Shown: positions 55,262 through 64,000 of the stretch, piece by piece
Numbering within the stretch: position 1 is the first letter of the stretch
Layout of the letters: every line of letters starts with the position of its first letter
Source: a bacterium
GTDB lineage: Bacteria > Patescibacteriota > Patescibacteriia > JAACEG01 > JAGUWE01
Assembly: GCA_043798995.1 (NCBI GenBank)
Contig: JAZDOD010000011.1
Span: 4,737 to 68,736, forward strand
DNA length: 64,000 nucleotides
Reading direction: 5' to 3'
The notes under the pieces: generated by a model
The model's input: only the letters and a program-made list of their open reading frames with translations
Databases searched by the model: none
What the model was told of the DNA's origin: nothing
Program-made: the position numbers and the translations under genes

Positions 55262-55855
55262 ATGAAAAAACATCCTAAGGGATATATTATATTGGAAGTC
55301 ATTTTAGTTATCGGTATGGTATCATTGATTGTTCTTAGCGTCGGTAAAATTTTAGACACGCTTATAAGGTTAAATAAAATCAGCGAATCGCAAAGCAAAG
55401 CCCTAAGCTTTGCCCAAGAATCTTTGGAGATAATGAATGCCATAGGGCCGGCGAACTTTGTCTGCAGCTGCAACTTGGGCGATAGTTGCTCTTCTGGTAC
55501 CTGCACCAGGGCAAGCGATAGCCAACCTTGCAGTTTGTTTGCCGGCTACACCAGTTGCTGGACAGCTTATCCAAAAGATTTTGTCGGGCAAACAAATTTT
55601 TATTTGGAAAAAGTTGGCACAGAGTGGCAACTGCGCGTCTTAAGCACTCCGAGTGAAACCATTGCCGCGGATACTCATTTTACCAGAAAGTTAACCATTG
55701 AAAATGCCTTGCGTGATGCCGATGGCAACATTGCTTCAGCCGGCACGCCTGACTCCAATACCAAAAAAATAACGGTTAAGGTTTGGTACAGTGAGCGCAG
55801 CGTAGTCCATGAAGTTGCTTTGAAAACAATTCTGACTGCTTGGAAGAATTATTAA
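55262..55855 (+). CDS. Minor pilin-like protein (Cys-rich)
   Basis: MKKHPKG-YIILEVILVIGMVSLIVL with Glu+5; start trimmed to ATG 55262. Confidence 0.6.
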   Translation: MKKHPKGYIILEVILVIGMVSLIVLSVGKILDTLIRLNKISESQSKALSFAQESLEIMNAIGPANFVCSCNLGDSCSSGTCTRASDSQPCSLFAGYTSCWTAYPKDFVGQTNFYLEKVGTEWQLRVLSTPSETIAADTHFTRKLTIENALRDADGNIASAGTPDSNTKKITVKVWYSERSVVHEVALKTILTAWKNY

Positions 55856-55867
55856 AACAAATCTGTC

Positions 55868-55960
55868 ATTTTGACTTCTTCTCTTTGTCATTCCTGCGGA
55901 AGCAGGAATCCAGAGCTGGATCCCGCATCAAGTGCGGGATGACATAGATGAGGCACAGGA
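55868..55960. repeat. MITE: fused left and right ends of the GIY-YIG unit (gene deleted) plus extra hairpin
   Basis: TGTCATTCCTGCGGAAGCAGGAATCCAGAGCTGGATCCCGCATCAAGTGCGGGATGACAT. Confidence 0.7.
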
Positions 55961-55992
55961 ATGACAAAGAGAATATAAAATAAATTATAGAT

Positions 55993-56535
55993 ATGAAAAA
56001 TAATTTTAAAAATCAAGCCGGGCCTGCCCTCACACAAAAATTTGTTGTGACCCTGCGAAACAGGGGAGGGTTTACCATGATCGAGTTGCTTATTTATCTT
56101 GCCTTGACTACCGTGATTATTACGATTTTTACCGCTTTTATGGCCGAGGCCCTAAAAAGCCAGAGAAAAACAATTAACTCTCAAGCGGTTCAGCAGGAAA
56201 GCCGTTTTATTATTTCCCGCATCACCCAAGAGGTAAAAACTGCCCGGGAAGTTACCAGCGTTGAGCCCCAAAGATTAACCCTGAAAAATCCGGACAATCA
56301 AACAATCCAACTTTATCTAAATAGCATCGATGGCCTGGTTTATTTTGACAACAGCGTCCAAACCTCGCCTCTTTCCAGCCAAGACATTAAAATAACCCAA
56401 CTTAATTTTTCCCAAGAAGGTGATATTATTTATATCAATCTTACGGCCGAGAAAGATGAAACGCCCGACCAGCCAGGAGGCATATACTCACTTAGCTCGT
56501 CTTCGCTGGTGGTTCCCCGGGAGAAAATATATTAA
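55993..56535 (+). CDS. Pilin-like protein with long leader
   Basis: RNRGG-FTMIELLIYLALTTVIITIF with Glu+5. Confidence 0.65.
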   Translation: MKNNFKNQAGPALTQKFVVTLRNRGGFTMIELLIYLALTTVIITIFTAFMAEALKSQRKTINSQAVQQESRFIISRITQEVKTAREVTSVEPQRLTLKNPDNQTIQLYLNSIDGLVYFDNSVQTSPLSSQDIKITQLNFSQEGDIIYINLTAEKDETPDQPGGIYSLSSSSLVVPREKIY

Positions 56536-56550
56536 GAGAAAAACCTTATT

Positions 56551-56700
56551 TTTTTACCCTGTCATTCCGGACTCCCTTCTGTCATTCCTGCGAAACTTGT
56601 CCTCGAGAAATCGGGGAGCAGGAATCCAGGAGAATTGATATGGTTCCCCGTTTTCACGGGGACGGAGTCTGGATCCCGTATCTAGTACGGGATGACAAAG
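56551..56700. repeat. Cluster of MITE-like hairpin repeats (family A variants)
   Basis: GTCATTCCGG..., TGTCATTCCTGCGAAAC...GCAGGAATCCAGG, GGTTCCCCGTTTTCACGGGGACGG, GGATCCCGTATCTAGTACGGGATGACA. Confidence 0.6.
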
Positions 56701-56713
56701 AAAGAAGCGCAGG

Positions 56714-58096
56714 ATGGTATTCAATAATTCTATAATTATGAATTTTAAATATCAAAAACCAGAAGGGATGATTGCAGTGCTTACTTTGTTCGGCGTTACG
56801 GCCGTGACCTTGGCTATTGCCTCAACTTTGGTTTCGCTTTCAATCGGCGATCTTAAAATGAGCCGGGCAGGAGGATCTTTAGAACAGGCCTTTTATTCGG
56901 CCGAGTCAGGTCTTAACGAAGCGCTTTATCGGCTGATTAAAAATCCCGTTCCGGGAAATTATTCAATTAATCTTGACGGCACCAGTATTGCCATTTCCGT
57001 TTCAACTAATCCCGCCGATCATTACCAGCGAATCATTCAGTCGCAAGCTACAGACCCAACAGGTAAAATCCGCACCGTTAGAATTATTGCCAATACTTCT
57101 TCTTTCGCCGGCGGTTTTGATTATGCCGTTCAGGGCGGCAATGGCGGCATTCATATGGATAATAACAGCGAGGTAGCAGGCGGTGTTTATTCCAACAGCA
57201 GCATTTTACCAGCCGGCGCTTGTCCCGGGGGCGAATCAGCCAAGCCCCTTATTAACGGTAATGTCTGGGTGGCTAATAGTAATCTTTTAGATTGCGTTAA
57301 AGTAGGCGGCGAGGTCCGCTCCAATACTATTCATCGTTCAATTATCAGCAGCAATGCTTATTATCAGACAATTGACGGGTCAACAAAAGTTGGCGGCACG
57401 CCTTGTCCTAACGGCCATTGCTTTCCCTCATCACCCGATCCTTTGCCTAAGCCCATGCCGATTAATGATGACGATGTTAATACTTGGAAAACCGAGATTA
57501 TAAATGCAGGCAATCCTGTTTTACTGCCCAACACAGCTGATTGCCCGATTGATGCCCTCGGCAATCATCTTCCCAATACTTATTGTATAATGGCAGATAC
57601 AACCTTGGGTTTGCAAAAAATAGAAGCCGATATTTATATTGACAATGGCGTTACCCTTACTTTACTTGGCAATATTTGGGCAACGGGGAAAATTATTTTA
57701 CAGAATAACGGTCTTATCAAAATTGATCCGTCTTTGGGCTGGGGCAGCGCGGTGATTATTACCGATGACATTGTTGATGTTGGTGAAAATTTCAGTATTT
57801 CCGGCTCGGGCGATCCGCGCAGTTTTGTTTTGATTCTTTCAACCAGCACCAGCGTTGATCCGGCTCTGCCTGCAGTTTATGCTTCCAATAATTCGGCTTC
57901 CATCGTCTTTGCCGCTATCCACGGCCTGCTAAAGGTTAAAAATAATGGCGCGCTTAATGCCGCAGCCGCAGAAGAGCTTTGGCTTGAGCCCAACAGTCGG
58001 GTAACCTACAATCCGCTTTTGGCAGCTTTTTCCGTGCCCGGCGGCGGTGGCGGCGACGAAGTCGGTACTGCCCTGGGAACTTGGGAAGAGAAATAA
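56714..58096 (+). CDS. Type IV pilus-associated protein with PilX_N-like N-terminus
   Basis: MIAVLTLFGVTAVTLAIASTLVSLSIGDLKMSRAGGSLEQAFYSAESGLNEAL; 460 aa. Confidence 0.6.
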   Translation: MVFNNSIIMNFKYQKPEGMIAVLTLFGVTAVTLAIASTLVSLSIGDLKMSRAGGSLEQAFYSAESGLNEALYRLIKNPVPGNYSINLDGTSIAISVSTNPADHYQRIIQSQATDPTGKIRTVRIIANTSSFAGGFDYAVQGGNGGIHMDNNSEVAGGVYSNSSILPAGACPGGESAKPLINGNVWVANSNLLDCVKVGGEVRSNTIHRSIISSNAYYQTIDGSTKVGGTPCPNGHCFPSSPDPLPKPMPINDDDVNTWKTEIINAGNPVLLPNTADCPIDALGNHLPNTYCIMADTTLGLQKIEADIYIDNGVTLTLLGNIWATGKIILQNNGLIKIDPSLGWGSAVIITDDIVDVGENFSISGSGDPRSFVLILSTSTSVDPALPAVYASNNSASIVFAAIHGLLKVKNNGALNAAAAEELWLEPNSRVTYNPLLAAFSVPGGGGGDEVGTALGTWEEK

Positions 58097-58118
58097 TTAT
58101 AACTGCAAATTCGGTAAA

Positions 58119-58150
58119 AATAAAAAAGTCCTGTTTCAGACTTTTTTATT
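58119..58150. terminator. Bidirectional intrinsic terminator
   Basis: AAAAAAGTC-CTGTTTCA-GACTTTTTT. Confidence 0.6.
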
Positions 58151-58166
58151 AATTTTTTAAAACAAT

Positions 58167-58466
58167 TTAATATTCTAATTTGACGCCAAGTTTTTCAGCT
58201 AATAGCTGAATCCATTTTTCATGGCGATCTAATTTAGAATTTATAAATACATATTCTTGGCTAAGATTTTCAACGGTTTTGGTTAATTTATCAACAGAAA
58301 TAATTAAGTTCTCAATAGCCATCCTGAGACTATCAAACTTTTCGTCTGCATCTTCTCTGAATTCAGCAAATTCTTTTTGGGTAACTAACTGAGTAACCAA
58401 GTTAGTTACATCATCTTTGGTCGCGACTATTTCACTAAGTTTTTGAATATCCTCATTAGTCAACAT
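58167..58466 (-). CDS. Hypothetical coiled-coil protein (99 aa; start MLTNEDIQ)
   Basis: Start trimmed to sit downstream of the consensus minus-strand promoter; likely leaderless. Confidence 0.45.
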   Translation of the reverse strand: MLTNEDIQKLSEIVATKDDVTNLVTQLVTQKEFAEFREDADEKFDSLRMAIENLIISVDKLTKTVENLSQEYVFINSKLDRHEKWIQLLAEKLGVKLEY

Positions 58467-58496
58467 ATTTGGAAAATTATTTAATTTATTAGCTAT

Positions 58497-58525
58497 ATTA
58501 TAACTTGTTGCCAGAAGGGTGTCAA
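58497..58525 (-). promoter_or_regulatory. Perfect-consensus sigma70 promoter on minus strand (TTGACA-17-TATAAT), with DnaA box 58563-58571 just upstream
   Basis: Plus-strand ATTATA 58497-58502 and TGTCAA 58520-58525; TTATCCACA at 58563. Confidence 0.5.
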
Positions 58526-58795
58526 ATTTTGCTTTTCCCCGTTTTTTGAATAGGTGGGGGATTATCCACAAACCCTTCCCCAATTTATCAACTATTTATC
58601 AACTTTTAACCCTTGACAAAACTGGCCAAAGATTTAAGATGACAAAACCATTAAAAATAATAAAACAAAATTGTCAAGCTGAATTTGCCTGCTTGCTTGC
58701 TGCGCCAAGATTCGGGTTTCAGGATTTTTTAGTTCTGGGGTCCGTCTATCAAGGCGACTGGAAGGCAGGTGAATTCAGTTTGAGAATTTAAAAAT

Positions 58796-59029
58796 TTATT
58801 TCTTTAAAAATTTAATGAGTTCGTCGGGTGAAATTTCTATTTCTCTTAAAATTTGTCTTAGGAGTCCCCGGCCAATATCTTCTCCGCAGTGAAAGGGAAC
58901 TAAAGTTGTTCTTCCGTCTTGATGCTTAAAAAAAATATGCGATCCTTTTTGTCGCACTGAATAAAAGCCAAGTTCTTTTAAAATTTTTATTAATTCTTGA
59001 GCTTTGAGAGTTGGCAGTTTTGGACTCAT
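58796..59029 (-). CDS. hicA: HicA-family mRNA interferase toxin
   Basis: KGSHIFFKH...TLVPFHCGEDIGRGLLRQILREIEI; 77 aa; overlaps hicB by 4 nt. Confidence 0.8.
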   Translation of the reverse strand: MSPKLPTLKAQELIKILKELGFYSVRQKGSHIFFKHQDGRTTLVPFHCGEDIGRGLLRQILREIEISPDELIKFLKK

Positions 59030-59274
59030 ACATTGACAGTTTGAAGACCGATAAAGGTGGGCTCATAGCTTAGGTGTTTAATCTTTTTTCTGTATTGAGG
59101 GTCTTCTTTTGCCACTTCAAGACAAAGCAGAATTGCTTCTCTAATTCTTTTATTAAGTTCATTAAGGGTTTTGGCTTGAGTACAGCAGCCCGGTAAAGCC
59201 GGCACAGAAGCAACAAAAAAACCATCCTCATCTTGCTCAATAATGACTCTAAATTGTCTTTGAACTTTCGCCAT
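59026..59274 (-). CDS. hicB: HicB-family antitoxin
   Basis: EQDEDGFFVASVPALPGCCTQAKTLNELNKRIREAI (UPF0150 fold). Confidence 0.8.
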   Translation of the reverse strand: MAKVQRQFRVIIEQDEDGFFVASVPALPGCCTQAKTLNELNKRIREAILLCLEVAKEDPQYRKKIKHLSYEPTFIGLQTVNV

Positions 59275-59391
59275 ATTTTTAGATAGATAGATTTTAAAAC
59301 TATTTTTAGTTTATATTTAATCAAAACGAATGTCAAGGTAAGGTTTAAAAAGGAGATTGTCGCGCCAAAGGCGGGACGTGGCAATCTCTTT

Positions 59392-59460
59392 TTCTCTTTG
59401 TCATCCCGCACTTGATGCGGGATCCAGCTCTGGATTCCTGGTCAAGCCAGGAATGACAGA
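59392..59460. repeat. MITE (reverse orientation of the fused-end element, variant hairpin)
   Basis: TGTCATCCCGCACTTGATGCGGGATCCAGCTCTGGATTCCTGGTCAAGCCAGGAATGACAGA. Confidence 0.65.
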
Positions 59461-59534
59461 AAGGAGCCAGGCAATGATGGAAAAGCGAGTGGGGGGAGTT
59501 TCCCCCACCTATTAGAGTTATCCCCAGCTTAAAA

Positions 59535-59563
59535 AAAATCGGCTTGACACGAATTTTTAAAAA
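59535..59563 (+). promoter_or_regulatory. Sigma70 promoter TTGACA-17-TAAGAT
   Basis: TTGACA 59535-59540, TAAGAT 59558-59563. Confidence 0.4.
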
Positions 59564-59569
59564 TCATAA

Positions 59570-59755
59570 GATGATTTAATGTCTAATTGATATTGTAGAT
59601 AAACGACCCCGTGCCTCGATATGGGGCAAGTCTCGTACTTTGCGGGGTAAACCAATAAACTAAATCCGAAACTTTTTAAAAATAAGGAAGGCACCCCGAA
59701 AATTAAACTTCGTTTAATAACGGGGCAAAGGGAGGAAAAAGTTATTGGTTTTTTT
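59570..59755 (+). ncRNA. Candidate ~185-nt structured small RNA (unclassified)
   Basis: No ORF; hairpins CCCC.../GGGG, CACCCCG...CGGGG with nested CGAA/TTCG; closing stem CCAATAAAC/GTTATTGG then U7. Confidence 0.25.
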
Positions 59756-59757
59756 GT

Positions 59758-59900
59758 TTATTTGTTTAAATTTTCGATTCCATTAATATATGTCATTCCT
59801 GTGAAAACAGGAATCCAGAGCTGGATCCCGCATCTACCGCCTTTGGCGGGACAAGCAAGTGCGGGATGACAATAAGAGAAATTCAGGATGACATTGAAAA
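59758..59900. repeat. Compound repeat: TTTGTTTATTTGTTTAAATTTT end plus family-A MITE hairpins
   Basis: Shares terminus with 50489 and 60150; contains ATTCCTGTGAAAACAGGAAT and CCGCCTTTGGCGGG. Confidence 0.55.
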
Positions 59901-60149
59901 ATAATCCCGCATAGATTTTTGGACTAGGCCTATTTGCTGTCACGAGATTAAAAGTGGTTAAAACAGCTTAGGTTGTTTCTTAACTGCCTTCCTCGAGATG
60001 CCCTTAGGTGCGTCCAAAAATTTGTGCAGGATATATATTAAGTAATTAAAAAAGTATGACCTACACAGCAAGAGAAATTCATTTCCCAAACTTTTGTTTT
60101 TGTTGGAAAAAAATAAATTTAAATATTATAAAATCTCAAGTTTAGCTTG

Positions 60150-60270
60150 AGATTTTTTGTTTATTTGTTTAAATTTTCAATCACGCCAAAGTCGAGAGCA
60201 GGAAATTTAGCAACAAATAAACATCCTGCCGTATCCGCCTACTGGCGGAGAAGGCGGATAAAAGGTTAGT
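60150..60270. repeat. Repeat with TTTGTTTATTTGTTTAAATTTT end and CCGCC...GGCGG hairpin
   Basis: Inserted after the T-run of hairpin CTCAAGTTTAGCTTGAG. Confidence 0.5.
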
Positions 60271-60300
60271 CAATTTAAGAACTAATAAATAATAAATAAT

Positions 60301-63300
60301 CAAAACCATATGGACAACAAAACATTCAAAGTCAAAATGCTGGTTGTTTTTGCCATCACGGCAATTACTTTGCAACTTGGCATTTTTAGTATTCAAGCTT
60401 TTGCTCAAGAAGCAGATGCGCCAACCGAAGCGGTTGAGGCCGCAACGGAACCGGCTGTAGAGCCAGCACCCGCCACCGAAGGTGTCGAGGCGATGCCCGC
60501 CACCGAAGGTGTCGAGGCAACGCCGGCTATAGAAGAAACTGCCTTGGCAGCCGAAGAGGCTGCTCCGACAGAAGAACCCGCCTCCGATGGAGTCGAGGCA
60601 GGGCTTAATTATTGTCCGGTAAATCCTGAAATCACTACTGCCGCTGCCAGCGAACCAGCTCCCGCTCCGGTTTTAACAACTGACAAAGCTGATTACGCTC
60701 CTACAGAAAAAGTCACCATTTTCGGCAGACTATTTCAAGCTTTGCAAAATTTAATTTTAAGAATTGTCGGCGGCTTTCCAGATGGGAGCCAGCAAGTGAC
60801 CCATGAAGACACGGTTACTACCGACGACCAAGGCGCTTTTACTTATGAATACCAACTGGACGGCACCTACCGCCCGGATTATACCGTTACCGCCAGCAGC
60901 GAAGCCGGCGAAGAATTGGCGAGAACGACCTTTACGGATCCTCCCGCCGGATTTAATCCTTCAGTTTCAATTGATCAATGTGCAAACGGTGGTATCGGTA
61001 ATACTCCCGAAAGCTGTGCAACCAAACCGCCTCTTTCAAATGCCACTTATCAATCAGGTAATGTTAATGGGCAAAAAGCTCATTGGCAAGAAGGAGATGT
61101 ATTGCCGTATAGAGCTGTTTTAAAAGATTTAGCCGCTGGGATTAACAGAGTAACTTTTAGTTTTGATACTGCTAAAGGTAGCGAAATGAAACATGCAATA
61201 GATTATCTTGCTAGTTTTGATTATACCGAAACAACAGGCCCAGCAACGCCAAATCATGCAAATCAGAATAATCCTTGTGCCGATACAATCGTCGGATGCA
61301 ATCCGGCAGCTCCGACCGCGACAGCAAATATAAATGTTCCAAGTTATTTTACAACAGGATATCCAATAGCATGTGCTAATGGAGCTTGGGCTGGTGGTAA
61401 TCCAATTGCTAATCAGCAAATCAAAGCCTGGGGTAATATAGATTCTTCAATGATTCTCACTTATCCTGATGGCGGGATTCCAACTTCCGGTGATTGTTCT
61501 CCAAGATTCACAATTGAGTTTAATGTAACAGTCGCGCATTCAGATGTAGTTATCGCTTGGGGCGGACACGTAGCGGCAAATCAAGATCCCGGAGCCGGAG
61601 GTTATTGGGGTACAGGAAATGCCGTACCAACTGGATCACCTTATCATATGCATGCAGGGTTTCCCCAGGAAAGTCCTAGCGGGACATTTTATCAAGTAGG
61701 CAATCAAGATTTACAGCTTGCCTCTTCTGCCATATCCGCACCTGGTTCAATCGTCATTATTAAAAATACTGTAGGCGGTGATAATACATTTAATTATACG
61801 GCAACTGGTGGAGGAATAACTTCGCCTTTTTCTATCACGACTAGCGGCGGAGCTAATAGCGTAACTTTTGGCAGTTTAGCAACCGGAGCCGCTGGCGGAA
61901 GTCGTAGCATTACAGAAAATACTCAACCAAGCGGTTGGGGATTTACAAGTCTTTCATGCCAGGTTACGGTCGCAGGTGATGGAACAACAGCATATTCTAT
62001 AACAGGACCGACCGTTAACGTAACAAATTTAGGAGGCGGCGCTTCTTTAACCTGTACTTATACTAACACACTTCAAACAGGTCATGTTATTATCGTCAAA
62101 GATGCAATTCCTAATGATGCCCAAAATTTTGCATTCGCGAATAACTTCGGAAATGGAAATCCAGCATCATTTAATTTAGATGATGATGCCGACGGCACTT
62201 TGTCTAACTCCAGAGATTCCGAAGTCTTAGCTGGTACTTATGCCGTTTCCGAAACCGTTCCATCCGGCTGGGATCTTACTTCTGCCACTTGTGATCATGG
62301 CACAATTGGAGCTATACAAGTTTTAGCCGGACAGACAACTACCTGCACTTTTACCAACACCAAGCGTGGTTCAATTACTATTATCAAAAATACAATTGGT
62401 GGTGACGGAACATTTAATTACACCAGTAATTTTGGTGTAAGTTCGTTAACTACCAGTGGCGGCACTGCTTCGCAAACTGTTAATGATTTAGTTCCAGGAA
62501 GCGGTTATAGTATTTCAGAAACCGTTCCAGCTGGTTGGGATCTAACCAGCGCAACCTGCGATCACGGTACGATTGGCGCTATACAAGTTTTAGCCGGACA
62601 AACAACTACCTGTACCTTCACCAATACCAAACGCGGACATATTATTGTTGATAAAGTAACCGATCCGTCTGGCGATCCGCAAAGCTTTGCCTTTACCACA
62701 ACCGGTTCTGGCTATAACGGTTTTTCATTAACTGATGCCGCAGCCCCGAACAACCAAGAAGTTGCACCAGGCGCTTATTCGGTTGCCGAATCTGTTCCTG
62801 CCGGCTGGGATCTGACTTCTGCCACTTGCGATATGGGCGAGACGCCCGCGAGTTTAGATGTCGAGCCTGGCGAAACAGTAACTTGTACCTTTACCAACCA
62901 AAAAGACGCCATTATAATTATTGAAAAGCAGACCTTGCCAGATGGTGATTCACAAGTTTTTGACTTTGACTTAAGTTACGGGGATGGCGATGCTGACTTG
63001 TCTGACGGCCAAACTGATAACTCCGGTGATTTAGATCCGGGTACCTATTCGGCTTGGGAAAACGTTCCTGCCGGTTGGGACTTTACTTCCGCTGTTTGCA
63101 GCGATCAAAGCCCCGTAGGAGCTATATCTTTACAGGCCGGTGAAACAGTCACTTGTGTCTTCACCAACACCAAGCGCGGACATATTATCGTTGATAAAGT
63201 AACCATTGGCGGAGATGCCACTTTCTCGTTTGACGCCAGCGGCGGAACAGATCCAGCTTATGCTAATTTCACTCTTACCGGCGCACAAACGCCTAATAAT

Positions 63301-64000
63301 CAAGAATTAAAACCAGGATCTTATTCCGTATCCGAAGGCGCATTGGCCGGTTGGGATTTAACTAACACAGTTTGCGTCAGTTCAATTGGCGACACGGAAA
63401 CCGCCGGCAGCTTAGAATTAGACGCTGGCGAGACCGTTACCTATACCTTCACTAATACCAAGAAACCAACCTTAACAGTAAATAAAGTTTTAGTTCCCTC
63501 AAGTGATAATGGTTTATTCAATTTACAAATAGATAGTTCTACTGCCGGTACCGGCGCAAATGTCGGTGATGGTGGAACAACCGGAGCGGTAGAAGTGACA
63601 ATCGGCGCTCACACCGTTGGCGAAACCGCCGGCACCGGTACTGATTTATCACACTATGTAACCGTAATCAGTGGTGACTGTGCCGCTGACGGAACCGTAA
63701 GTTTAGCTGCCGGTGAAAACAAGACCTGCACTATTACCAATACTAGAAAAGGCAGCATCACAATTAAGAAGGTCACAGTTGGCGGTGATGCCAGCTTTAC
63801 CTTTACCGGTGATGTGGCCGGTTCATTAAGTAATAATCAAACAGCTACAGCTCAAGTTGTGCCCGGTACTTATCATTCAACTGAAACCGTACTTACTGGC
63901 TGGGATTTAACGAATATTACTTGCAACGATTCTGACAGTTCTGGCGTAATTAGTACTGGCGTTGCTACCTTTAATGTGGCAGCCGGTGAGGATGTCACGT
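60301..64000 (+). CDS. Giant cell-surface adhesin-like protein with tandem SpaA/CnaB-type (prealbumin-fold) domains; open at window end
   Basis: Signal peptide; A/P/E-rich linker; >=9 ~100-aa repeats with GxYxxxExxxAGWDLTxxxC ... TCTFTNTKRG; frame checked codon by codon, no stop through 64000. Confidence 0.8.

Noticed and set aside
54630-56710. Possibility that the regularly recurring hairpin repeats form a CRISPR array
   Set aside because: Repeats are heterogeneous in sequence and length, irregularly spaced (0.7-1.2 kb) with genes between them, and no cas genes; they are MITE/REP-like elements.
58519-58791. 90-aa plus-strand ORF and an internal 50-aa ORF (MTKPLKIIKQNCQ...) between the hypothetical gene and hicA
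   Set aside because: Overlaps the minus-strand promoter and gene; weak -10, no SD, composition not protein-like.
60803-61419. ORFs 60803-61123 (+) and 61129-61419 (-) inside the adhesin gene
   Set aside because: Off-frame or antisense to a long, continuous, repeat-structured coding frame.

Overview
This is an AT-rich window dominated by housekeeping genes, with a small-genome, possibly Patescibacteria/CPR-like flavour (inference only). Most genes are on the + strand up to ~15 kb and after ~25.6 kb; a block on the - strand (15.2-25.4 kb) carries pyrB, gatB, a thymidylate operon, rplK-rplA, nusG-secE and gyrB.

Recognised genes:
- Translation and replication: pheS (C-terminal fragment), pheT, dnaE, thrS, miaB, miaA, gatB, mnmA, alaS, ychF, gyrB.
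- Ribosome and export: rplK, rplA, nusG, secE.
- Thymidylate operon: a P-loop nucleotide kinase, thyA, folA, tmk.
- Metabolism and envelope: pyrB, purD, cutA, an idi-like NUDIX, a mazG-like NTP pyrophosphatase, a CopA-type P1B ATPase, a polysaccharide deacetylase, a SEDS FtsW/RodA, and a membrane-anchored ClpA/C-like double AAA+ ATPase with a DnaJ-type zinc finger.
- Type IV pilus cluster: pilB, pilC, four prepilin-like genes and a PilX_N-like protein, followed by a hicAB toxin-antitoxin pair and the start of a giant surface adhesin built from tandem SpaA/CnaB-like domains (open at the window end).
- RNA genes: tRNA-Ser(GGA) and tRNA-Gln(TTG).

The unusual content is repeat-related:
- Four small GIY-YIG nuclease genes. 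Two sit in ~390-bp units bounded by TGTCAT-type terminal inverted repeats, and many intergenic MITE-like hairpin repeats look like internally deleted copies of these units.
- The other two GIY-YIG genes abut the two tRNA genes and read into them, with duplicated tRNA segments upstream.
- Three independent repeat copies lie in frame and stop-free inside miaB, alaS and miaA, analogous to Rickettsia palindromic elements.
- Other features: a duplicated 'small TM peptide - hairpin - small gene' cassette, a pair of 185-bp CA-rich promoter-bearing repeats with perfect DnaA boxes, several promoter/terminator-bracketed sRNA candidates, and a heptanucleotide repeat inside mnmA.

No rRNA, CRISPR array or classical IS transposase was seen.
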